Below, piece after piece: positions 48,882 to 58,126 of a stretch of DNA of 64,000 bases (positions are counted from its first letter, which is position 1; the number at the start of each line of letters is the position of its first letter). The position numbers and the translations under genes were made by a program. Location of the stretch: IMG/VR virus record IMGVR_UViG_3300010429_001737; one strand, 5' to 3'. The stretch comes from a virus. Lineage: Duplodnaviria; Heunggongvirae; Uroviricota; Caudoviricetes. Below the pieces are notes generated by a model. That model searched no databases and was not told the DNA's origin. It saw nothing but the letters and a program-made list of their open reading frames with translations.

Positions 48882-50050
48882 AAAAACGAAAGAAAAAAGA
48901 TAAAAAAATATATTACATCATAGCTGTTGTATCAATATTACTCATTAGCATTTTATCTTTTTATTTTGCATATAATAGTGGAGTATTACAAGCTTATTTT
49001 CTTAATGAAGAAGATGGATTATTTCACTACACAGATAATCCGCCATTAAATCCTGATTGTCGAACAGAAACATGGGTAACAGAAAATGGATATTTGTTTA
49101 GCCAAGAATCTACTCTTAAGACAGCAAAAAGTGATTTTAAAATCATTTCACACGCTCAACAATATCAAACATGTGGAGGTGGAACCGCTATTATTACTTA
49201 TTCATTTGACGTATATTGTAATAATAAATTAATTGACTCTATGTCTTTAATTCCTAACGCAGCTTACTGTGGAGCAAATCCGGCTATAGACCAAAGAAAA
49301 TATCGAGCATATGATGATTCATGTAATGTTTATAAAACACCAGATGCTTTTATAACTAAGTTTCCCGGCACGGACATCGTTATTAAAGAAGAGAACCCTG
49401 GAAATTTATTACCCGGGGGAAAAAGCGGGTTAATTGCTAATTTCGGTATAGGTGGAACTGAACCTACAGATTTTAGCGTTAGATGTCCTTCATATCATAA
49501 GGTTCATAATTATCGAATAGTGTATCCTGAAGATTTAATTGTTATTAGAGCAAGTGAACTAGAATCATTATACACTGACACTAATAATATAAGTTTTAAA
49601 GTTAAAATTGAAAATAAAGATAATAAAAATGTCATTGGAAAATTAAAAGTACTATATTCTACTGACACATTGTTAGGCGAAAAATTAAGTGACCAGAATT
49701 ATACATTAACTCTTCCACCCGGTGAAAGTTCAATTAACATTGAAATCTTATTGAATAGTAAGGTAACCGGGACTGTAAAGATAACTCCTGTTTTTCAGGT
49801 ATTAAGAAGTACTAATGACTTTACAAATTTAAACGGAGATAAAATATTTGAAGATAAAAATAAATTAAAGGGTATTACTTCACATAAATATGTCATCATG
49901 TCTGAGTATTCAGGTGAAACATATAACGTTAAAATCGATAATAATACTTGGGATTTACAAATAATTAAATACGGTATTATATTTATATTAGGTATAACTG
50001 CTATTTCTATAGTCGTTATAGTCTTCGTTTTAAAGAAATTAATAGGCTAA
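48878..50050 (+). CDS. membrane-anchored secreted protein (390 aa)
   Basis: N- and C-terminal TM helices. ATGA overlap with the previous gene. Confidence 0.55.
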   Translation: MKKRKKKDKKIYYIIAVVSILLISILSFYFAYNSGVLQAYFLNEEDGLFHYTDNPPLNPDCRTETWVTENGYLFSQESTLKTAKSDFKIISHAQQYQTCGGGTAIITYSFDVYCNNKLIDSMSLIPNAAYCGANPAIDQRKYRAYDDSCNVYKTPDAFITKFPGTDIVIKEENPGNLLPGGKSGLIANFGIGGTEPTDFSVRCPSYHKVHNYRIVYPEDLIVIRASELESLYTDTNNISFKVKIENKDNKNVIGKLKVLYSTDTLLGEKLSDQNYTLTLPPGESSINIEILLNSKVTGTVKITPVFQVLRSTNDFTNLNGDKIFEDKNKLKGITSHKYVIMSEYSGETYNVKIDNNTWDLQIIKYGIIFILGITAISIVVIVFVLKKLIG

Positions 50051-50066
50051 CCATAGTGATTTAAAT

Positions 50067-50090
50067 AATTAACAATAATATTTATAAAGG
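50067..50090 (+). promoter_or_regulatory. class A promoter-like motif
   Basis: Exact copy upstream of 50110. Confidence 0.6.
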
Positions 50091-50109
50091 CTTAAATTGT
50101 AGTATATGT

Positions 50110-51801
50110 ATGAGAAATAAAGATAAGAAGAAGCTGATGTATGTTGGGTTATTTTCAATTGGAATTCTGTTAGTTTTGGGTGTTATAATTTTTGCTATGT
50201 CAAAAATTGAACAACATTCTTACACGACAGGAGCTGTTGAATATATAGAATCTCCAGTATTTGGATATTATGAGTGCAGTGCAGCTGGTAAGTCTATTAA
50301 AAGTAATCCTGTTACTATATATAATACGCAAGGAACTTATGATGTTTTACGTTGTTCTCCTTATACAGAAGAATGTACATTTTCTATTATCGGCGAATCA
50401 ACTAGTATTTTAGGAAGAAGAGTTGCTTATCGAATTTGTCCTTCTTATGATACTTCTACGAATATGTGTGATTTAGAAAGATATCTCGGGGCCGGAGATG
50501 TTCCTTGGTTTAGTGACGGCGGTGTTAATAGGATTAATATTCCTGGCACATATACTTATCAAAACAAAATCTTAGTTAAATATCAAGAATGTTTAGGTAT
50601 TTCTTATGGAACTACTTGTGCAGGTGTTTGGAAAGAGAAAGGTAGTGTTGCAAAATGGTATCAAACATATACCCCTTTCATTTTATGGTATACTTCTCCG
50701 TTAACAGGAAGACATGAGTATACTTCATTAATTGAAGGTTGTAAGTTCCCAGCAAGTGATACTTATGCTAATGGCTATTTGATGCCTGGTGTAGACAAGT
50801 TAATAAATGCTTTGACAGATGTTAAGGGTCAGTCATTGACACAGACTTCAACATCCTTAACAGAATTAGAACCACATAAAACTAGAAACGTCATTGAAGC
50901 ATTTATTCCTCTTAATGTAAATAATGTTCAGTTTGTAACTTATAATGGACAACAAGGATATTGTTTAAATAGAAATATTTATAAAATTGCAACAGTAACT
51001 ACTAAAACGGGCACTTCTAAAATAGTTGATACAACTTATAACAATATTATAGCTGGTCCTTCAAATGGAATAGAATGTTGTCCACAAGATAAAGAACCAA
51101 CAAGAAAGTGCTCGACTGATTATAAATGGCATCCAATTGACAATGCAGAATGTAGCTATTATAATCCATGTCAAGGTGTTGATTGGTATCCAGGTGGTCC
51201 AAAAACATTGATTAAGTATAATTGTATAAGTGGTAAGTGTGTAAAAGATAGTAAAGTTGTAGAATGTACAAATAATGATGATTGCATCGGCAATCCAAAC
51301 GGAGGCGTTTGTGATACATTATTATGGAAATGTAGTAGTATTACACCACCATTACCAAATGGCACATGTCCTGATTTTTGTAAAAAAGACTTGGATTGTT
51401 TTAATTGTGGAGATAACTTTAAATGTAGTGGAGCTGGTTGGTTTTCAGATGGAGTATGCAAAAAAACAGATAATAACGGGAAACTACCTTGCGAATCTTG
51501 TACTAAGTGGGCGATGAATATATTTAAGAGTGATGCTGATAAATGTGAAGCTCAGAGTATTATTCGAACTACTTATAATGGATTTTGGGACTACATTAAC
51601 CCGTTAAATTGGATTAAAAGTGGGATTGATATTACAGGAATAACAAATATGAACATTATGTGTCCAATATTCTTCTTAATCGTTGGAATATTACTATTTA
51701 TATTATTCCTAATAACTATGATTGCTATATTATTAATTACCGGTAGTGCACTTTTAGTAAAAAAATTATTTTCTCGAAGCTCTAACAAACGAAAAAAATG
51801 A
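50110..51801 (+). CDS. Cys-rich membrane-anchored protein (563 aa)
   Basis: Class A promoter 20 nt upstream. N-terminal TM, Cys-rich C-terminal half, C-terminal TM. Confidence 0.55.
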   Translation: MRNKDKKKLMYVGLFSIGILLVLGVIIFAMSKIEQHSYTTGAVEYIESPVFGYYECSAAGKSIKSNPVTIYNTQGTYDVLRCSPYTEECTFSIIGESTSILGRRVAYRICPSYDTSTNMCDLERYLGAGDVPWFSDGGVNRINIPGTYTYQNKILVKYQECLGISYGTTCAGVWKEKGSVAKWYQTYTPFILWYTSPLTGRHEYTSLIEGCKFPASDTYANGYLMPGVDKLINALTDVKGQSLTQTSTSLTELEPHKTRNVIEAFIPLNVNNVQFVTYNGQQGYCLNRNIYKIATVTTKTGTSKIVDTTYNNIIAGPSNGIECCPQDKEPTRKCSTDYKWHPIDNAECSYYNPCQGVDWYPGGPKTLIKYNCISGKCVKDSKVVECTNNDDCIGNPNGGVCDTLLWKCSSITPPLPNGTCPDFCKKDLDCFNCGDNFKCSGAGWFSDGVCKKTDNNGKLPCESCTKWAMNIFKSDADKCEAQSIIRTTYNGFWDYINPLNWIKSGIDITGITNMNIMCPIFFLIVGILLFILFLITMIAILLITGSALLVKKLFSRSSNKRKK

Positions 51802-52103
51802 AAAAAAAATATATTGAATTTATGAAAAAACATTGGGACATAATACTATCATATGTTGCACCATTAGTTGGATTTTTGTTTACAATAATCGCGGCCAAAA
51901 ACTGTACTGCTGGCTTAGCTTGTCTGGGCACATTAGTTTTTGCTGTCATTGGTATTATCATAGGCGGAAGTTGTTTAATTATCTCAATCGCAAGAACATT
52001 AGTCATTAAGAAAATGAGAAAAAACATCGGAAGATGGGTTGCAATAATAATTCCAATCATCATTTACTTAATTATATATGGAATTGGTGGTGCTATTCAC
52101 TAA
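51798..52103 (+). CDS. small polytopic membrane protein
   Basis: Three hydrophobic helices. ATGA overlap. Confidence 0.45.
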   Translation: MKKKYIEFMKKHWDIILSYVAPLVGFLFTIIAAKNCTAGLACLGTLVFAVIGIIIGGSCLIISIARTLVIKKMRKNIGRWVAIIIPIIIYLIIYGIGGAIH

Positions 52104-52104
52104 C

Positions 52105-53280
52105 ATGAAAAAATATATTTTAATATTATTAGGAATATTATTAATTAGCTCTGTCTTTGCTTATACAACTGTTAATACAATACCAAAAGATATGACCTGG
52201 GAGCAATATAAACAGGCAGTTGAAGACGGAAACAGAGAAAACATTGTCCAAACAATGTTAACAGGTGGTATATTATTAACGGGTTCAGGTTACAAATCTT
52301 GTGAAAAAACATGCACAAGTAATGTTATTCAATATGAATGTAATCCGTGTTCATCTGGCGAAGTGTCATCCGGTTGTGGAATATTTGCAGATTCAATCGG
52401 GGGCGGGACTAATTATCAGTCGGCGACTTCATATTGTAGTACTCCCTTTCTAAAATACAACTGGTATAACAAACAATGTTATTGCACTAGTCCTAATCCA
52501 ACTTGCTCAGGTGGAGCTAGTCCAGGAACTTATAAGTGTGAAAGCAGCACAAGATATTTATGTTCATCAGGCGGCGTCTGGAATGTTGTTGAATCATGTA
52601 CTTATGGCTGTAGTGGCAGTAATTGTGGACAGCAACAATGTCAATCTCATGCATCCAAACAATGTTCTAACGGCCAAGTTTATTGGTATAATTCATGTAA
52701 CCAAAGAGAAGAAATTGCTATACAATGTAATGCAAACGAAAAATGTGAAAACGCTCAATGTGTTGGCAATTGTAATGAAGGGTGGATTGGCAGTAAAACA
52801 TGTGAAGGATTAGAAGTAAAACAACAATTTCAACTAATCGATTGCACATCTGAAAAAAGAACAGTTGTCGTTTGTGATGTTGCACAAAATCAAAAGTGTG
52901 ATAACGGCGAATGTGTTTCGAATGTTTGCAATTGCCCAGACCCAACTCCATGGTCTGATTGTTTAAATGGTAAGATGACCAGAACTATTTACGAATGCAG
53001 TGCATCTTGTTCATCAAAATTAGAAGAGAAACCATGTGGCTGTAATATTAATGACCAATGTGACGAAAACCAAGTTTGTACAGAAGGCACATGTACCGCT
53101 TTAAAATGTAATTCTGATGAAGTAATAAGTAATCATGAATGTATAAAGGTGAATCCAATTAACTGGTGGGTTGTTATCGGTATCATAGTTGGCGGACTCA
53201 TAATATTTGGTATTCTTTTCATGCTTGTTATAACGGTAGGAGCTATGTTTTTTAAGAAGAAAAAATCTAAAAATAGATAA
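52105..53280 (+). CDS. Cys-rich membrane-anchored protein
   Basis: Start at MKKYILILLGILLISSVFA, immediately after the previous stop. Many CxxxxC modules. C-terminal TM helix. Confidence 0.55.
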   Translation: MKKYILILLGILLISSVFAYTTVNTIPKDMTWEQYKQAVEDGNRENIVQTMLTGGILLTGSGYKSCEKTCTSNVIQYECNPCSSGEVSSGCGIFADSIGGGTNYQSATSYCSTPFLKYNWYNKQCYCTSPNPTCSGGASPGTYKCESSTRYLCSSGGVWNVVESCTYGCSGSNCGQQQCQSHASKQCSNGQVYWYNSCNQREEIAIQCNANEKCENAQCVGNCNEGWIGSKTCEGLEVKQQFQLIDCTSEKRTVVVCDVAQNQKCDNGECVSNVCNCPDPTPWSDCLNGKMTRTIYECSASCSSKLEEKPCGCNINDQCDENQVCTEGTCTALKCNSDEVISNHECIKVNPINWWVVIGIIVGGLIIFGILFMLVITVGAMFFKKKKSKNR

Positions 53281-53491
53281 ATAATTACAATGGATATATC
53301 ACTAGCATTAATGGTTGTTAATGTTGTAAGAAATAGTTTATACTGTGTCATAAACTATCTAAAAGAAATTATCTAAATGTTGTCTAAGCTTCTATAACAA
53401 AGTTTAAATACTAGGTTTTATATTATTCTTAATCTAAATAAAACAAAGTAGTTACAAAAATGCTTATACAATTGAAAGGAGGTAACATAAA

Positions 53492-54589
53492 ATGAGGCAG
53501 TTATTAGCAATATCGTTAATTGCAGCTTTGGTGATTTCTAGTGTTAGTTTTGCGTTTGCAGGACCTGTGCAACAGATACCATTAATAGGCGGCGGAAACG
53601 GCCCTATTTACACAGAAGACAAGTTTACTCCATTAGTATTTCTTAACCAGGACGGTGGAAGAGTTTTGATTGATGACCCATATGGATTTATGAATAATGG
53701 TAATATCGAAACAAGAGAGAATAACTATGCTTTTACTGGTGAACAGATTTCATGGAGAGTATTGGTTTGGGATAAAAACGGCGTTCCTGAAAAAATAGAA
53801 GATGTTTTCAGTGGGTGGACTAATCAAACTAATGGACCAGCTGACCCTGAGATACAGAGTAATTGTTTCTATTCAGATGAACAATTACAAGATGGTCAAA
53901 ATTTAGCTCAAGCTGGTTATTCTAACGTAAGAAGACCTGGCGACCAAGAATCTCAAATATCATTTAATGATGATACAATGGGAATATATGACTGTGTTTT
54001 AACAATTGAACCAACATGTCATGGACAAAAATGGTTAGGAGTTAAAGCAGTTGATATAGATGGTTATTCGAGCACAATGCAAGAGGCAGAATCTTGGTTC
54101 TGTAACCCAGCTTTAGATTTGACAGTTAGTGGGACAATCGATTTTGGAATCTTAGGACCGGGTGAACAAGGAGCATCAACAGTAAGCGTTGAGAATTCAG
54201 CTGAAGATGGCAGTGGAACTCAAGTAGTTTTGTCTATCTCAGGAACTGATTTCTATGACTCTTCATCAAGCGGAGGCGTTTGTCCAACAACAAACCAACT
54301 TAGCTTACATGGAGACGAAGATGCATTTACTTATGGGTTCTGGTATTCAGCAGTTCAAGGTGCTAATATAATTGGTAACAAAAGAATTCCATACGGAACA
54401 TCTTTTGTAAATTCAGACCCTGTTTTTAGTCAGTCAACATCTGCTGTGGACTGGAGAGATTGGGGCGGACCATTTGTATTAATGTCACCGGGTGCAGAAA
54501 CATCTTTAACATTACACCTAGGTTTACCACAACCATGTAATGGTCAGTTTGATACAGGAAGAATCGACCTTTGGGCATTAGCTATTTAA
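53492..54589 (+). CDS. highly expressed secreted protein (365 aa)
   Basis: Strong GAAAGGAGGT ribosome-binding site 8 nt upstream. Signal peptide. Lower Asn/sequon content than its neighbours. An oligo-T tract follows the stop. Confidence 0.65.
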   Translation: MRQLLAISLIAALVISSVSFAFAGPVQQIPLIGGGNGPIYTEDKFTPLVFLNQDGGRVLIDDPYGFMNNGNIETRENNYAFTGEQISWRVLVWDKNGVPEKIEDVFSGWTNQTNGPADPEIQSNCFYSDEQLQDGQNLAQAGYSNVRRPGDQESQISFNDDTMGIYDCVLTIEPTCHGQKWLGVKAVDIDGYSSTMQEAESWFCNPALDLTVSGTIDFGILGPGEQGASTVSVENSAEDGSGTQVVLSISGTDFYDSSSSGGVCPTTNQLSLHGDEDAFTYGFWYSAVQGANIIGNKRIPYGTSFVNSDPVFSQSTSAVDWRDWGGPFVLMSPGAETSLTLHLGLPQPCNGQFDTGRIDLWALAI

Positions 54590-54598
54590 AATAAAGAC

Positions 54599-54632
54599 AT
54601 TTTTAATTTTTTATTTTCCTTTATTTTTGTTA
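54599..54632 (+). terminator. oligo-T tract downstream of the highly expressed 53492 gene (archaeal-type intrinsic terminator candidate)
   Basis: TTTTTAATTTTTTATTTTCCTTTATTTTTGTT immediately after the stop codon. Confidence 0.4.
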
Positions 54633-54664
54633 TCATAAATAAGTTACACTAAGGAATAGAAACA

Positions 54665-54689
54665 TTTATATACTAGATTATGTTATATA
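54665..54689 (+). promoter_or_regulatory. class B promoter-like motif TTTATATACTAGATTATGTTATATA
   Basis: Near-identical copy at 61651..61675. A perfect palindromic relative lies at 61916..61938. Confidence 0.5.
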
Positions 54690-54705
54690 ATTTATCATAA
54701 ATACA

Positions 54706-55509
54706 ATGAAACGAACAATAACATTAATAATACTGAGTATTTTCTTACTAAGTTTAGTAAGCGCTGAATTAAGAGTATATGTCGGTAATCCACAAATGAC
54801 TTTTAATAATCCAGAAACTACTATTATACCTAATTATATTGAACTATCCAATAAAAACGATTTCTCTATAAACATTGAAATAGCATTCCCTGAAAATGTA
54901 ACGTTTTTTGAAAATAATATATCAATGTTGCCAGGTGAAAATGTTTCAATAGACTATGCTATTATGCTTAATGACGATAAACAAAACGTAACATTTACAA
55001 TCCCTGTGACATTTAACGGTGAAAATCAGTCGTTTACTGTGCCTCAAACAATAATAGTAAAATATTTCAATGATACTGTTATTAATACTACTAACCACAC
55101 ACAACAAAATAATTCTGTTCCTAACTCGGGCGGCGGCACTTCAGCATCAGTTGGAGTATCTGATTCTGTGTCCGTAACATATATAAATAATTCACATAAT
55201 GTAACAACATCAGTATCTAACGAATCTATAACTACATTAACAACTGAAGCTAGTGATACTCAAGATACAAACTCTTCAGTTGATGAAACATATACACCAG
55301 AATATCCAATTGTTAATTGGTTAACTGTAACAGTGTTTACAATCATAGTTATCTTAGTAATTGCGTATTTAATATATCATTTCAGAAAAAAGAAAAGACT
55401 TGAGAAAGAACAAGATGAGAAACTTAGAGAAAACGAAAGAGAAGTTAATAATTCAGAATTCTTTGATGAAAAAGAAGAACCTAATGAAAGTGATAAATCC
55501 ATAAATTAA
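54706..55509 (+). CDS. secreted protein with C-terminal TM and acidic tail
   Basis: Class B promoter upstream. Signal peptide. NxS/T-rich. TM followed by a KKKRLEKEQDEK tail. Confidence 0.55.
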   Translation: MKRTITLIILSIFLLSLVSAELRVYVGNPQMTFNNPETTIIPNYIELSNKNDFSINIEIAFPENVTFFENNISMLPGENVSIDYAIMLNDDKQNVTFTIPVTFNGENQSFTVPQTIIVKYFNDTVINTTNHTQQNNSVPNSGGGTSASVGVSDSVSVTYINNSHNVTTSVSNESITTLTTEASDTQDTNSSVDETYTPEYPIVNWLTVTVFTIIVILVIAYLIYHFRKKKRLEKEQDEKLRENEREVNNSEFFDEKEEPNESDKSIN

Positions 55510-55527
55510 CAATAATATTTATAAAGG
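55504..55527 (+). promoter_or_regulatory. class A promoter-like motif
   Basis: Exact copy upstream of 55548. Confidence 0.6.
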
Positions 55528-55547
55528 GTAAATTCGTATATATTTTA

Positions 55548-56279
55548 ATGAAAACTATCTTATCACTGAGTATAGCATTATTATTAATCATAGGTTCGTT
55601 ATCATTTGTAAATGCCGCATCATCTAATATCATAGAAGACAAAAAATGCTCTGAACTAGGTGGTACTTGTATACAAGGCATCGTAGCAGATGATTCTTTT
55701 TGTAAATACAGAATATTATCCGTCTTTTCTAAAACACCTTTATGTAAAAAACAACCACAATATTCATGTAATGGAGAAATCAAATATACAGCAGATTGCC
55801 GAGGTTATTGTTGTGTTCCAACAACACCTTCTGATGAATTAATTACTTGTTCGACAAACCAAGAATGCTATGATGAATATAAAAGTTGTTATTATCATTG
55901 TACAAATAACAAATGTGCTCAAATATTCACTATAGCACCATTGCCTAATTACCCTAACTGTGAAAATGAAGTTAAATGCACAACACCGGGTGAAAGAAAA
56001 TGCCAAAATAACGTCGTTATGGAATGTCAAACCCTTCCCTGTGCAACATTATGGTGTGCAGCAAAAGGTAATTGTAATTGTCCAATGCAATGGAAAAACA
56101 TAGAAGTATGTAAAGATGCTAACGTATGTAAAGATGGCCGATGCGTTCCAACAACACCTTCTGGTGAATGCGAATCATATGAAAAAGCTTTTTCAGTAGA
56201 AGGGAATAAATATTGTGTTAAAACAGATGCTGTTCAACAAATCTTATACTTATTAGATAAATTCGGAAGAAAGATATAA
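55548..56279 (+). CDS. Cys-rich secreted protein (243 aa)
   Basis: Class A promoter 21 nt upstream. Signal peptide. About 36 Cys. Confidence 0.55.
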   Translation: MKTILSLSIALLLIIGSLSFVNAASSNIIEDKKCSELGGTCIQGIVADDSFCKYRILSVFSKTPLCKKQPQYSCNGEIKYTADCRGYCCVPTTPSDELITCSTNQECYDEYKSCYYHCTNNKCAQIFTIAPLPNYPNCENEVKCTTPGERKCQNNVVMECQTLPCATLWCAAKGNCNCPMQWKNIEVCKDANVCKDGRCVPTTPSGECESYEKAFSVEGNKYCVKTDAVQQILYLLDKFGRKI

Positions 56280-57097
56280 TGAAAAACAAATTAATATTAG
56301 TCGGTGTCGTAGTAATGTTATTAATAGCTTTAGTCGGAGGAATCGTTTATTTGGCATTCCATAATAATTCTGCAATTGCTATTGAGGGTTATTATGATGC
56401 GAATGGAAACAGAATAGATAAGTCACAAGTTATGATTAACGGACAAAGCGGGGTCCAATATATCAAATTAAAAGTTATGGCTACTAATAAAGATAATATA
56501 AATCTTGATTTTGAAATAATAGAAGCTTCACCTGCTGAATTTGAAGACGTTTTAACTCTTAATTCTAAACAAACAGCTAATCCTGGTAATTCAGTAACCT
56601 GGGTTTCTGGATTAATTGATTTAAATCCGTTTGCCGACACAACAACTGATTTCTGTGCTAATGTTAGAGCATCTGCAACTGGAAGACAAAGTGCAGATAA
56701 AAATAATTGTTTATCATTAACAATTGCACAAGACCCAACATCTAACTTTGAAGTATCTGTCGGACCAGAAAGTACTTCTAATGACCCTGAAACACCACCT
56801 CTACCACCGGAAGAAGACGAGACTCCAGAAGAACCTAATGTAGACTTTCAAACTAACGCTGTCTTTGGTTCATATAGTAATTATAAAAGTGGAACATGGG
56901 TAAGGGTAGATGCTAATAACGATAATGTCTTAGAACAGTTCACATATTCATCTTTAATAACAGCAGGAGCTTGTCCTGGAACAGCTAAAACAACAACACC
57001 AGAAGGATACGTTGTTAAAATCTATACAGGTTCATCTGGAACTAATAGTGTCACAATATGTAACCCATCTGGAGCTGGTTACAAGAGGTATGCTTAA
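56279..57097 (+). CDS. N-terminally anchored protein (272 aa)
   Basis: TM helix. Pro/Glu-rich linker PETPPLPPEEDETPEEP. Confidence 0.5.
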   Translation: MKNKLILVGVVVMLLIALVGGIVYLAFHNNSAIAIEGYYDANGNRIDKSQVMINGQSGVQYIKLKVMATNKDNINLDFEIIEASPAEFEDVLTLNSKQTANPGNSVTWVSGLIDLNPFADTTTDFCANVRASATGRQSADKNNCLSLTIAQDPTSNFEVSVGPESTSNDPETPPLPPEEDETPEEPNVDFQTNAVFGSYSNYKSGTWVRVDANNDNVLEQFTYSSLITAGACPGTAKTTTPEGYVVKIYTGSSGTNSVTICNPSGAGYKRYA

Positions 57098-57316
57098 ATG
57101 AAAAACAAATTTATGAAATATTTGAAAACAGGATTTAAATTAGCTTTAGTTCTATTCCTAGGGTCACTTATTATGTTTATTCCTTTGTTAATACTTAAAG
57201 TTATATTTATTGTCTCTATTTTAACATACGTATTATTAATGATTCCCTTCGTTATAATAAGTCTTATTGTCGACGGATGGCTAATAATTAAATATAAAAA
57301 CTGGATATTCAAATGA
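57098..57316 (+). CDS. small membrane protein
   Basis: Two TM helices. Coupled. Confidence 0.4.
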   Translation: MKNKFMKYLKTGFKLALVLFLGSLIMFIPLLILKVIFIVSILTYVLLMIPFVIISLIVDGWLIIKYKNWIFK

Positions 57317-57501
57317 AAACTAAAACAAGAAACTTAATTGGTAGTGTATTAATTTATTTAGGTTTACTTGTTATCTTTTTAAGTAACTTATATGGATATT
57401 TTATATCACCGTCAGTTTCAACACTTAAAGGCATATTGATTATAAACATCTTATCTGCTTCTATTATATTATTTGGCGGATTATGGGGAATGAGAAGATG
57501 A
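57313..57501 (+). CDS. small membrane protein
   Basis: Two TM helices. Coupled. Confidence 0.4.
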   Translation: MKTKTRNLIGSVLIYLGLLVIFLSNLYGYFISPSVSTLKGILIINILSASIILFGGLWGMRR

Positions 57502-57887
57502 AACTTAAAAAATATTTTAAAAAAGTAGACATAAGCAAGGTATTAGTTGCAGCATTGTTTGCTGGCGCTTTCACATTTGTTTACAATTTAATAATGCTAT
57601 TTATCAATGGTTCTAGTAATCCAGCTTTTGTTTTAGCAACTGGGTTTTTTGTTGACGGAGTATTTATTTCATTTTTAGCTTTAATCTTAGTTAACTTATT
57701 TATCAAATTTAAATTTGGATTAAATAGTTATACTATTTTAGCTGTAATAGGAGGTATGATATTAGAAGTCGTCGGATTCTTAATATTTAGCACATTAACC
57801 TCACCAATATTATTGTTATCAGTTGCTATGATTAAACTTATTATCATGGTTCTCGCAATCTACGCTTCTGATAAGATAATAAAATGA
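57483..57887 (+). CDS. polytopic membrane protein (134 aa)
   Basis: Four hydrophobic helices. Confidence 0.4.
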   Translation: MGNEKMKLKKYFKKVDISKVLVAALFAGAFTFVYNLIMLFINGSSNPAFVLATGFFVDGVFISFLALILVNLFIKFKFGLNSYTILAVIGGMILEVVGFLIFSTLTSPILLLSVAMIKLIIMVLAIYASDKIIK

Positions 57888-58126
57888 AAAAGAAGAAATG
57901 GATAAGAAAGGCATTGAGTAATAAAAAACAAGGAGCATTATCTCGTCAACTTGGCATTCCAGTAGAGGAAAATATACCAATTAGCGTTCTTACAGTAATT
58001 AGAGACTCACCTATTAACAGCGAAGCATATATTACTTATAAGGGAAAAACAAAAAAGATGAAGGTTACACCTCTCTTAAAAAGAAGAGCTGTTTTAGCTT
58101 TAACATTAAAAAGGATAAGAAAATGA
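57884..58126 (+). CDS. small basic protein with a possible helix-turn-helix
   Basis: KQGALSRQLGIPV resembles an HTH. Highly basic. Confidence 0.35.
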   Translation: MKKKKWIRKALSNKKQGALSRQLGIPVEENIPISVLTVIRDSPINSEAYITYKGKTKKMKVTPLLKRRAVLALTLKRIRK

